DNA of 64,000 nt from Pirellulales bacterium (GTDB lineage: Bacteria > Planctomycetota > Planctomycetia > Pirellulales > Lacipirellulaceae). How positions within the stretch are numbered: the first letter of the stretch is position 1; each line of letters starts with the position of its first letter. The position numbers and the translations under genes were made by a program. The stretch covers positions 5,580-69,579 of the forward strand of contig JBGSUJ010000049.1 of the NCBI GenBank assembly GCA_041753435.1. The letters run 5' to 3'. The notes under the pieces were generated by a model, which had not been told where the DNA came from, did not search any database, and saw nothing but the letters and a program-made list of their open reading frames with translations. Below, one piece after another: positions 19,720 through 29,600 of this stretch.

Positions 19720-21045
19720 TCAGTCGCCCCGCAATTTGAGGGCTTGAATCGTCAGCTTCTCGCGGACTTCGTTGAGGCTGGTGACACCAAAATTTTTGCA
19801 TTCCAGCAAATCGTCGCCAGTTCGGCGGACCAATTCGCCAATGGTGGAGATGCCCAGCCGGACCATGCACTTGCGCGCCCGCACCGAGAGGTTGAGTTCG
19901 GAAATCGGTCGATCGAGCATGGCCCGCTCGTTGGGCGAGAGGGTTTCTGGGTCGTATTGGGGCTCTTCCTCCGGTCGCTCGATGGCATATTGGCCAAGAT
20001 CAAGCCCCTTCGAAGTCAGCATTTCGCGGATTTCGACCAGCGAAGTCTCGCCGAAGTTCTTACTCGCAAGCAGTTCTTGCTCGGTTGTTTGGGTCAGGTC
20101 GCCCAGCGTCATCACCCCCATTTTTTGCAGGCAGTTGCGGCTGCGAACCGAAAGTTCGAAATCGGTGACCGGGATGCTCAGCACCTGGCTCAGCCGATCC
20201 TGGCGGCGGCGGGCCTCCTCGTCGTAGTACATATCGCGCGAAGCATCGGCGTCTTTGAAAAACAGCCGGGCCCGTCCATGGCTCGGGTACACATCCATTA
20301 TTCGCTGATAACATTGGCGCGCTTTGTCGTAGAACTGCATGTCTTCGTAGAGCACGCCCAAATTGAGCAGGGTGCCAATGTGGGTCGGAAATTGGTTGGC
20401 CGCCCGTTCGTAAAGCTCCCGAGCATAGCCGTCGTTGCCGTGACGGTCGTTTTCGAGCGCCAGGCCGAACAGCGCACCGGCATGATTCTCGTCGGAAGCT
20501 ACCGCTCGCTCGAGCAGCGCGACGACTTCGTCCGGATTACCACCCAGAGCCGCGATGGTTGCCGCACGTTGGTACAGATACTCCGACGATTGCTCCACGG
20601 CACCGGAGAGGGCGTTGAGCGTATCGAGCGCGGCCTGCGGTTGGCCAGCGTAACGCTGGGCCTCCGCCTTAGCCAGGATGACCACGTCGCGGGCGTAGCC
20701 GGCTGTCTCAGCCGATTGATAGGCGACCAAGGCGTCGTCGTACTTATCGAGCGCAAGGTACGCCTTGCCCAGATAGAAGTGGGTAAGGGCTCCCCCATCG
20801 CTATGCGCCAGCGTTTCAACTGCTTCGCTGTAGCGGCCCAGCAGGTAATAACAAACACCCAGTCGGGCGTTCATCGCCGGGCTGCGGTTGGACTGACCTT
20901 CCAGCTCCGCGACAGCTTCACGCAGATCGCGGTAACGGCTGTAGTTGTTCGCGATGGCCGCGGTGATTAGCTCAATTTCGCGCGGCCCAAAGGCGGATGT
21001 CGAGACGACGATCTGCTTCAAGTCGATTTCGGCAACAATACTCAT
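19720..21045 (-). CDS. TPR-repeat protein with two C-terminal RNA polymerase alpha-subunit CTD-like domains
   Basis: TPR-like helices ([53 protein letters not shown]). Two alpha-CTD-like modules ([19 protein letters not shown]...[14 protein letters not shown]; [19 protein letters not shown]...[14 protein letters not shown]). Start at ATG 21045 with a GAGGAG SD. Confidence 0.85.
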   Translation of the reverse strand: MSIVAEIDLKQIVVSTSAFGPREIELITAAIANNYSRYRDLREAVAELEGQSNRSPAMNARLGVCYYLLGRYSEAVETLAHSDGGALTHFYLGKAYLALDKYDDALVAYQSAETAGYARDVVILAKAEAQRYAGQPQAALDTLNALSGAVEQSSEYLYQRAATIAALGGNPDEVVALLERAVASDENHAGALFGLALENDRHGNDGYARELYERAANQFPTHIGTLLNLGVLYEDMQFYDKARQCYQRIMDVYPSHGRARLFFKDADASRDMYYDEEARRRQDRLSQVLSIPVTDFELSVRSRNCLQKMGVMTLGDLTQTTEQELLASKNFGETSLVEIREMLTSKGLDLGQYAIERPEEEPQYDPETLSPNERAMLDRPISELNLSVRARKCMVRLGISTIGELVRRTGDDLLECKNFGVTSLNEVREKLTIQALKLRGD

Positions 21046-21153
21046 GCGAAGATACTCCTCTAAATTGGGTCGCGGGCTCAGAGTCGAGAGTCGAGTGCCA
21101 CCAGCCAACCTCCGGCACTCGATTCTGGACGCTCGACCCTAGGCTTTTCCAAG

Positions 21154-21227
21154 AGCCAGCGGTCGGAGTCGAACCGACAACCCCCGCATTACGAATGCGG
21201 TGCTCTGCCAATTGAAGCTACGCTGGC
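21154..21227 (-). tRNA. tRNA-Thr (anticodon CGT)
   Basis: Manual cloverleaf on the minus strand: acceptor GCCAGCG/CGCTGGC, anticodon arm CCGCA-TTCGTAA-TGCGG, T arm GTCGG-TTCGACT-CCGAC. Confidence 0.95.
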
Positions 21228-21317
21228 TAGATTGGTAAGCCCATCTTTTTACCATGCCCTGGGGGTATCGGGCAAGCGGCATTGGATGCCGGAAGTAGAG
21301 CAGCCGACGAGGTTTAG

Positions 21318-22724
21318 AGTGACCGACTCCGCCGCGCCATCATCGACAACCTCTTCGGTGGCACCTCGCTCAATGGCAACCAAAGCCGTGAGACCAATTA
21401 CTTTTACAATGGCTTGGGGCGGCTGGTGACCACGTACGGCGGCGGCCGTTGGCTGTCCTACCGCTCCAGCCCGACTTCGTCCGATTTCAACCGGCTCGAT
21501 CGCTTCGGCCGCACCAAGAGCCAGGTCTGGGACAATGGCGGCTTTCCCGCTTCACTCTACGACCAGGTGGACTACACCTACGATTTTGCCGGCAACCGGC
21601 TCACGCGGAATGTCGTGGCAACCACGAACGATACGCGCGACCAAAAGTATGTTTACGACGGCCTCCACCGGCTTTTGAGCTACGATCAGGGGACGCTTGC
21701 GGGCGGCTCGATCACCGGATCCAACCAGCAGCGGTATTGGGAAATGGATCAACTGGGCAACTGGCCGAAGCTGCGCAACGGGCTCACGCTCACCTCCCCC
21801 GTGCTGGAAGAGCGGACGCACAACGCGGTCAATGAGCTCACCGGCTTTACGTCGCCCGGCACCTACATCGACCCGCAACACGATCTGGCCGGCAACATGA
21901 CTTCCGCCCCCTCACCCCTGAATCCCGCCTCCTCAATCCTCTTGAAGTACGACGCCTGGAACCGGCTGATCGAAGTCCGGGACGGGGCCAACGTCGTCCA
22001 GACGCTCAATGAATACGACGACCTCGGCCGGCGGATCGTGCGTGATCCGGTCGGCAGCGCCAACACGGTCGACGACTACTACAATGACCAGTGGCAACTG
22101 CTGACGGAGGTCAAAAACGGGGCGGTCGACGCCATTTACCAGTGGCATCCGTACTACATCGATGCGCTGAACCTGCGGATGCGTTCGAGCGACATGCACT
22201 GGTTCACCCACGACGCCAACTACAACGTCACCGCCGTGATCGACGATACGGCCAACGTGCTGGAACGGTATAGTTACACGCCGTATGGCGAGGTGACGTA
22301 CCTGGAGCCGGATTTTGATGTCGATGTCGACCAAATCAGCGACATCGCCAATAATCATCTCTACACTGGAAGGGAGCGCGACCCGGAGACGGGTTTGCAA
22401 CTCAACCGCGAGCGGTACTACGCACCAAACTTGGGGCGATGGATCAACCGTGATCCAATCTCGTATGATGGCAGTTCGTACAATCTCTACCAATATGTCG
22501 GTTCACAGCCATCGGATTTCGGCGATCCCCACGGATTGAGTGACATAGGGTGGCCCTCGCGGCCAATTCGCGAGGATTTTCCGCCTTCGCCGCCGGAACC
22601 GAGGCCACCGAAATCGCCAATAGAAAAGGAAGAGGACGAGAGAATATTTCAGACAGGCAGTGTAACGTGCGGCTGGATGGGGATTGCTGGTTGCCCCGGC
22701 AATAATGCTCCGAAGGAATTTTAA
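21318..22724 (+). pseudogene. 5'-truncated RHS/YD-repeat protein (orphan core plus short C-terminal tip)
   Basis: The reading frame is open from the stop at 21315-21317, only ~90 bp from tRNA-Thr, with no N-terminal domain. YD-type repeats (YTYDFAGNRL, YVYDGLHRLL, NEYDDLGRRI). RHS core end YTGRERDPETGLQLNRERYYAPNLGRWINRDPI...DPHGL, followed by a ~60-aa tip. Confidence 0.7.
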
Positions 22725-22738
22725 AGGGGACGGGAGTC
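22722..22738. repeat. left inverted repeat TAAAGGGGACGGGAGTC flanking the Y1-transposase gene
   Basis: Perfect 17-bp reverse complement of 23493-23509. Its first bases form the TAA stop of the RHS ORF. Confidence 0.9.
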
Positions 22739-22771
22739 TTTTCCTTGACGGCTTGGTACTGAAGCGGTAGA

Positions 22772-23494
22772 GTGACGTGCATGCCTCGCCGTGCGCGCTC
22801 CATCGTCGGTGGTTACGCCTACCATGTCCTCAATCGGGCCAATGGTCGGTTGCGACTATTCAAGAAACCGGCCGACTTCGCGGCTTTCGAGCGGATCATC
22901 GCCGAAGCGTTCGAGCGCGTGCCGCTGCGAATCCTCGGTTACACGCTGATGGGGAACCATTGGCACTTCGTCGTCTGGCCCCGGCAGCGGCAGCATGCAC
23001 AAGTCTCCGAGTTCTTCCGCTGGCTGACCGTGACCCACTCGCAGCGGTGGCACGCCCATCATGGCACCTCCGGCATGGGCCACGTCTATCAGGGCCGCTT
23101 CAAGTCGTTTCCGATTGCCGAAGATGAGCACCTGCTCTCCGTACTAAGGTACGTCGAGCGCAATCCACTGCGGGCCGGCCTGGTCGAGCGGGCCGAACAG
23201 TGGCGGTGGGGAAGTTTGTATCGCCGGATGTTCGGCACGCCCGAAGAGCGGGCCCTGTTGGCCGAGTCCCCGGTGAGGCTGGGACGCAGGTGGTGCGAGC
23301 ATGTGAATCAGGTGCAGAACGAGGCCGAGGAGCAGGCCATCCGCCGCAGCCTTGCCCGCGGCCAACCCTACGGCGGTGACGCCTGGCTAACAAAAGTCAC
23401 GCGGCAACTGAGTTTGGAGCACACGTTCCGACCGCGAGGGAGACCGAAGAAAGGCGCGGCAACGGATGGGCCACAACAACGCACCCAGAAATGA
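22772..23494 (+). CDS. REP-associated tyrosine transposase (RayT)/IS200-like Y1 HUH transposase family protein
   Basis: HUH motif in LMGNHWHFVVWP. Conserved HVYQGRFKSF and LRYVERNPLRAGLV (catalytic Tyr region). Confidence 0.85.
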   Translation: MTCMPRRARSIVGGYAYHVLNRANGRLRLFKKPADFAAFERIIAEAFERVPLRILGYTLMGNHWHFVVWPRQRQHAQVSEFFRWLTVTHSQRWHAHHGTSGMGHVYQGRFKSFPIAEDEHLLSVLRYVERNPLRAGLVERAEQWRWGSLYRRMFGTPEERALLAESPVRLGRRWCEHVNQVQNEAEEQAIRRSLARGQPYGGDAWLTKVTRQLSLEHTFRPRGRPKKGAATDGPQQRTQK

Positions 23495-23509
23495 CTCCCG
23501 TCCCCTTTA
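23493..23509. repeat. right inverted repeat GACTCCCGTCCCCTTTA
   Basis: Perfect reverse complement of 22722-22738. Overlaps the TGA stop of the transposase gene. Confidence 0.9.
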
Positions 23510-23838
23510 TTGATTCTTGAAAGCTCGGGAAAACGGACTGAGCACATGGTCTCTCGGCCGACGAAGGGCCCCCAGCAAATTGCACGTTGGTTCCAGTGGG
23601 AATTAAGCGGGGGTCATGGCACCCTCGGAGGGGTGTTTCTGGGTGCTTTTGGAAAAACGCCGAAAGTACGTTTCGCCCTGGAATACAAGGTGTGTTCCTA
23701 CATTTTCGGGCAGCCTCTCAAAACACCTCTTTGCCCTTTCAAACCATTGTTTTCGCAACTGAGCTAGCTGTCCGAGTGTTGGAGAAGTCTCCATAATAAA
23801 GGAAAGTTGCCTGCGCTAAATGGCAAGAGAGAAAGGCT

Positions 23839-25536
23839 ATGGAAACCTATCACCGTCTGAAATTTACTCGTTTCACTGGGTTGACACACGGTGGGGCGTG
23901 GCTCGCTGGTTCGGCCGTGTGCCTGGGCGTGATGCTAGTGGGCCGTCCCGCAGTGGCAATTAAATCGGATAGTCCGGAGGTGCGGAAGCTGGTAGCGGCA
24001 GGGTTGGCAACTTTCGATCAGCCGGTCGACGAACAGCAAGACTTCTACGCCAGTCGGCTGGGCGGCCAGTGCCTCGTTGGGCTGGCTCTTGTGAAAGCCG
24101 GCAAACCAGAGCATCCACGAGTTGCAGCCGCCGTCAAGTCGTTGCGTGCTGCAATGACGTCGACTGATAAGATCGATGTCTACAGCAACGGTATAGTGAT
24201 CGTCTTCCTCTGCGAGTTGAATCCGCAATTGTATCGGCGGGAAATCCAGTGGTATCTCGATCTGCTAAGCAAGCGGCAGAAGGACCATGGCGGCTGGGGT
24301 TACGACGGCAACAGTCTCGAGGGACATGAACTTCTCACGGGCGACACATCGCAAACGCAATATGCTTCGCTCGGCTATTGGTCTGCTTACCGTCGGGGAT
24401 TCTCGATCGAGCCCGATTCACTAGAACGTTTAACGCAATGGCTGTTGCGGACGCAAGACCCGAGCGGCGGCTGGGGCTACCAAGGTGTGCCCTCTCAAAG
24501 TTCGCAACGCGTCGAGCAGTCGAACGTGGGCTGCTCGATGTTGGCGGCCGGGCTGGGCAGCACGCTAATTTGTGCCGATCTGATCGACGCAGTACCCGCG
24601 GGGTTCGAGAACAAGTCGGGCTGGACTGCCGACGACATGCTGCTCGAAGACTTGCCACCTGCCTTGCGAGCAGCGCGTGAGGCAGCGGAGAAAGACCGGC
24701 CCGCGCCTGTCAAAATCCGTTCTGGCAAGGTCAATAATTCCGAGCTCCTCGAATCGATCGAACTAGCACGGCAGTGGATGGAGAAGAATTACGCTGTCGA
24801 GGTGGGCAACTACACCTTCTATTATCTCTATGCTACCGAGCGATACCAAAGCTTTTACGAAGCGCTCGAAGGTGAGGTGAACGAAGAACCCAAATGGTAC
24901 AGCGACGGATACGAATACCTGCTCTCCAAGCAACAGCCCGGCGGCGGTTGGAGCGGTGGCAGTGGGAAGAGTGTCGATACCGCATTTGCCGTGCTGTTTC
25001 TCTTGCGATCGACGCAAAAAAGTATTCAGTCGACGCTGGGCGAGGGCACGCTGATTGGTGGGCGGGGTATACCGACAAACGTGGCCCGAGCGCGAATGCG
25101 CGGCAATCAAGTCGTGGTCGAACAGGTGCAATCAAGCGTGGAGGAAATGCTCTCGCTGGTCGACGACGAAGACCAAAGTCGGCTCGACGAGTTGGCCCGT
25201 GATCCGACAAGTCTCGTGGTCGCCCAGGTCGATGCGAAAAGCGCCCGGCGTTTGCAGCAGTTGGTTCGCGGTGGCGAGCCAGCGGTGCGGCTGCTAGCGG
25301 TCCGGGCTTTGGGCCGGACCGGCAACCTGGACTTCGTGCCGTCGCTGATTTACGCGCTCACCGACCCCGATCGCGCGGTCGTGCTCGAAGCCCGCGACGC
25401 GCTCAAATTTGTCAGCCGCCGCTTCGACGGCTTTGGGCCGCCTGATGGCTTTACAGACCAACAGCGGTTCGATGCGGTGGAAGCTTGGAAAGCATGGTAT
25501 CAGAAACTCAGGCCGGGCGCATGGCCCGAACCTTAG
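23839..25536 (+). CDS. secreted prenyltransferase/squalene-oxidase-like repeat protein with C-terminal HEAT repeats
   Basis: Signal-like N-terminus. Repeats KDHGGWGYDG, QDPSGGWGYQG, QQPGGGWSGGSG. C-terminal HEAT/PBS-lyase-like VRLLAVRALGRTGNLDFVPSLIYALTDPDRAVVLEARDAL. Confidence 0.8.
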   Translation: METYHRLKFTRFTGLTHGGAWLAGSAVCLGVMLVGRPAVAIKSDSPEVRKLVAAGLATFDQPVDEQQDFYASRLGGQCLVGLALVKAGKPEHPRVAAAVKSLRAAMTSTDKIDVYSNGIVIVFLCELNPQLYRREIQWYLDLLSKRQKDHGGWGYDGNSLEGHELLTGDTSQTQYASLGYWSAYRRGFSIEPDSLERLTQWLLRTQDPSGGWGYQGVPSQSSQRVEQSNVGCSMLAAGLGSTLICADLIDAVPAGFENKSGWTADDMLLEDLPPALRAAREAAEKDRPAPVKIRSGKVNNSELLESIELARQWMEKNYAVEVGNYTFYYLYATERYQSFYEALEGEVNEEPKWYSDGYEYLLSKQQPGGGWSGGSGKSVDTAFAVLFLLRSTQKSIQSTLGEGTLIGGRGIPTNVARARMRGNQVVVEQVQSSVEEMLSLVDDEDQSRLDELARDPTSLVVAQVDAKSARRLQQLVRGGEPAVRLLAVRALGRTGNLDFVPSLIYALTDPDRAVVLEARDALKFVSRRFDGFGPPDGFTDQQRFDAVEAWKAWYQKLRPGAWPEP

Positions 25537-25594
25537 CTCGTTTCTCCGGATTGACATTCTCGCTCGCCAACCGCCGCAATTATTCCTTCATTCG

Positions 25595-26539
25595 ATGAGC
25601 ACTTCCCGCTCTAATTTGCAGTCCCAACTTCGCGTCAGTGCCTACGATCGCGTTTCCAGTTGGTTGGTATCGCTGCTGGTGATGACGAGCGTCGTCGTGG
25701 CTTCGCTGCTGCTGATTTACTTTGCTCGAAAGATGGCGAAGTTCGAGGTGGCGGTGCCTGTCAAACCAGTCACATTATCTGGCGGCGGTGGGGGGGGAGA
25801 TAACCGGATGGGCGCAGGAGGCGATCTCGCGCTGCCCGACTTTGCCGTGTCGGATCAGACCTCCGAACCCATGATCCAAAGTACTCTTGAGAACATTGCC
25901 GCAGCAGTCACGAGGGTCGAGCCTCTTTTTCTCAATGACCAAATCGATGCTCAGGCTGAACAGTCGATTTCGCAAGATTACATTGATACGCGGAAAGCGG
26001 GGACATCAGGGGGCGGCGGAGGTCGTGGCACAGGCTTTGGCACGGGCACCGGTTCCGGCCGAGGACCTGGTAGTGGCGGAGGCACAGGTGGTGGCATCGC
26101 CCGCAGAGAGCCTGAACGAGAGATTCGCTTTGAGCCCGAAAATCTGCTCGAGTATGCCAAGTATCTCGACTATTTTCACATCGAACTGGGTGTCTTGGGG
26201 CAGGACAACAAGATTTACTATGCCTATAATTTGAGTCAGCGAGTGCCCTCGATTCGCGAGGGAACTCCCGCCGAAGAGCAGCGGATGTTTATGAATTCGG
26301 CTCGCGGTCGCTTTGCCGCGCTTGACCGCCGATTGGCTCAGCGCGCGAATATTATCGATCGTGGCCAGATTATCCTTCAGTTCTATCCGGAAGAGACGCA
26401 GGCCATTCTTTACGGCTTGGAGCACGAGCGTGCGCAAGCCCGCGATCGGGAGATTGAGGAAGTGGTGCGAACAGTATACCGTGTGTCCCATAACGGAGAT
26501 CGATTCGAGTTCGCGATCGAACAACAATTATATGACTGA
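25595..26539 (+). CDS. hypothetical membrane protein with poly-Gly tracts
   Basis: ATG 25595; the upstream part of ORF 25409 overlaps the previous gene. TM WLVSLLVMTSVVVASLLLIYF. Gly tracts SGGGGGGD and GGGGGRGTGFGTGTGSGRGPGSGGGTGGG. Confidence 0.7.
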   Translation: MSTSRSNLQSQLRVSAYDRVSSWLVSLLVMTSVVVASLLLIYFARKMAKFEVAVPVKPVTLSGGGGGGDNRMGAGGDLALPDFAVSDQTSEPMIQSTLENIAAAVTRVEPLFLNDQIDAQAEQSISQDYIDTRKAGTSGGGGGRGTGFGTGTGSGRGPGSGGGTGGGIARREPEREIRFEPENLLEYAKYLDYFHIELGVLGQDNKIYYAYNLSQRVPSIREGTPAEEQRMFMNSARGRFAALDRRLAQRANIIDRGQIILQFYPEETQAILYGLEHERAQARDREIEEVVRTVYRVSHNGDRFEFAIEQQLYD

Positions 26540-26654
26540 TGCAATTCTTCTTCGATTGGGTATCCACATTTTTCCGATCATTGCATTGGCGGGCAGTCTT
26601 ACTTCGGGTATTTGGAACCATCATCTCGCTTCCCTTGGTTTTGTATAAAGTGCT

Positions 26655-29600
26655 ATGCCCGCAGAACGGTTAATCCTGTTGATCGAGGAGCAGCGACTGC
26701 TGCCTCCCTCGCTAATTGAAAAGTTGCGCGTGAAACTGTTAGCATCCGACGAGCCAATGACGGCTGTGATGCTTGCCCGGTTTCTCGTCCAAAAGCGACA
26801 TCTGACTCAGCGACAGGCAACTGGATTGCTTGCCGAACTGCCAGTTGAAGTTGCCGTGGACACACCCACTGACAAGCCGGTTCAACCGCAGATTCTCCCG
26901 GAGCAGCCAGGTGCAAGCACAGATCTCGGAGAAGATTTGTCGGGTGACAGCTCGATCTTCGCGCCATTGCTCGCCCCTACAAATCGGGATCAAGGAAACG
27001 ACGAAGAAATCTTTACCTTGGTTCCGATCGATGAAGGCGAGAGTCCGGAACAGGCCCAGCATCGCGCCGAGGAAATCAGCCGCCAAAAACTTGTGCCTCT
27101 CGAAGATTTAGTACAACTTAGCGCTGATAAGCAGTCAGCCACTGTGATTCCTGCCTCGATTGAGGAGGCCATGGGACAGGACGTATACCTGTCATCGAGT
27201 TCCGAAGCGCTGCGGGTTTCTCCAAGTAGCATTATTCGCAGTCGCACAGCAAGCAAAGAGATGGACGAAGTCGCTAAACGTACTGCGGCTCGTACTGGTC
27301 GTCGGGCACCGGCGCTGCGCAAGAAAACCAAACGCGCGAATCAATGGGAGTCTCCGTTCATGCTCATCGGCGGCGGCTTGCTGGTGCTGCTAGTGCTTTG
27401 CGGCGGAACGGTGGCGCTGATTCTCAATTGGAAAAGTGGCGACGAAAAACTCGAGTTGGCCCGCCAGGCACGCGATGCCGGGTCGTTCACGCAGGCGATC
27501 GGCTTCTACCGGGAATTCACCGAGAATTTCACCTCCCACGCATTGTGGAGCACCGCCCGCATCGAGTTGGCGTTGACCAAACTCCGTCAATCGGTCGAAG
27601 GTGGCAACATGGAGCCAGCGCTGAACATCGCTCATGCAGAGTTGCAAGACCTGCAGGACGATCGCAATCTGGACCAGCAGAAACTGGCCGAAGCCCGACC
27701 GGAACTCGCCGAGTTATTGCCGCGAATCGCCGGCGGGCTGGCCGAACAAGCCGATGCCTCGACCGGCAATCCGATTGAATCCGAGCGTGTGACCGCGCTT
27801 GCACGCGATGCGCTGGCCCTCTGCCGCAATGCGAAATTTGTCTCGAAAGAGTTCCGAGATGACACAGCCCTGCAGGAAATCGAGGACAAGTTAGCCCGTG
27901 TCCAGCGGCGGCAGCAAACTCGCGGCGAATTAGAACTGGGGCTCGCGACCATCAAGTCGGCGATCAAGAAAGGCGATACCCGCGCAGCTTACACCATTCA
28001 CAAAAAGCTGTTGGAAGACCATCCGCAACTCGCAACCGACGAGCAACTGAAGGCAATCGTGGTCGAGGCTTCGGCCGCCGAAAAGGCGGGTATCAAGTTT
28101 GTCGCCGACGAGCATGCAGCGGAAACGAACGAGCGACCCACCCCCTGGCTCACGGCCTTGGCGACGGCAAATCGAAAAACAATCGCTGCCGCTCCGGCGA
28201 CAGGTATCTACTCTGCCCGTATCGATGGAGCGCTTTACGCTTTCGAAGTCGCGACTGGCAAATTACTCTGGCGCCGCTACGTGGGTTTTACGTCAAATAT
28301 GCCCCCCGTGAACGCGGGCGACGACTTGCTCGTATTCGATTCGAAGCATTTGGAACTGCTGTGCCTGAAAACCGGCACAGGGGATTTGGTTTGGCGACTG
28401 GAGTTTGGCGAAAAGATCGCAACACCGCTCGTAGTCGACGACCGAGCCTTCGTGGCCGCTGAGTCGGGCCGGCTGTATTTGGTCGATCTTGCCTCGGGCG
28501 AGCAGATGGGTTACCTGCAATTCGCCCAACCCTTACGGGTGGCCCCAATTGTCAATCGCACGGGAGATCGCCTCTATCTGACAGGCGATCACTCGAGCAT
28601 TTACACCATTTCGCTTACCGACTTGACTTGCCTGGGCGTGTATTTCTTGGGGCACTCGAGCGGCAGTATTCGTGTGCCCCCAGCACAAGTTCTCGATCGA
28701 CTAGCCCTGCTCGAGAACGATGGCGTTTCCACCAGCCGATTGCGGCTACTGTCGCTCGACGACCAAGGAGCAGTGGCTGCCGTCGAAACAGAACGGCGAC
28801 TCTCAGGGTTGGCTGCATCGCCACCGCTAACGATCGCGCGGCGACTGTTTGTGATCACCGATCGCGGGCAGCTTGCTGTTTACGATATCGATTCAATGGC
28901 CGGTGAGAAATCGCTCACCCAGGTGGCGAACCGCGAACCCACATCGCGCGACCCGCTCGTGCGGCATGCCATGTTGACACAGGGGGCCATTTGGATCGGA
29001 GACAATCAACTCACCAAGTATGCGGTGCTGCCCACCGGCAATCGCCTGCCGGTGCAAAGCATTGAGAATAGCTTTGTACGTTCTACTTTCGATCATCCGT
29101 TAGGACTATTCGGTAACGTGCTGCTGCATGTTCACCGACCCGATGGACGTGCGGGTGCGACGGTGGCGGCAATCAACACGGACTCGGGACGCGAGTTTTG
29201 GGAGAATGAGTTGGCCGTGCCCCCAGCTGCAGCGCCTGTCGTCGACTCGGCCAGCCGCACATTAGCCTTTGCGGATGTGAATGGCCTTGTCTATCGCTTC
29301 GACGACGCGGCCATCCGTTCGCGCGTGCAGGATCAGCCGCTTTCTGCCGGTCCCGCAACCAACAATTCGGCGAAGCTGACATTCGGAGTTGATCTTGGAG
29401 CTGGGCGGGCGGCCTTGGCGGCCCCGGGCGCATCGCAGCATCTCGTGCTCTACGATCCGTCGGCTGCACGTCATCCCGTGCGTCGGACGAAGCTGCCTGG
29501 CGTGATCGTCTGCGGCCCCGCGGCATTTGCGCAGGGTGTGTTAGTGCCGCTCGAGGTGGGGCAAGTGTTTTATCTCAATCCGGCCGACGGGCAATCCCTG

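Larger units (their letters stand above)
22722..23509 (+). mobile_element. compact IR-bounded RayT unit (REPtron-like), ~0.79 kb
   Basis: A single Y1 transposase gene bracketed by perfect 17-bp inverted repeats. It sits at the 3' end of the RHS fragment. Confidence 0.55.

Noticed and set aside
19744-20970. 408-aa plus-strand ORF
   Set aside because: It is antisense to the TPR/alpha-CTD gene. The composition is low-complexity and Arg/Gly/Val-rich, and it shows no motifs.
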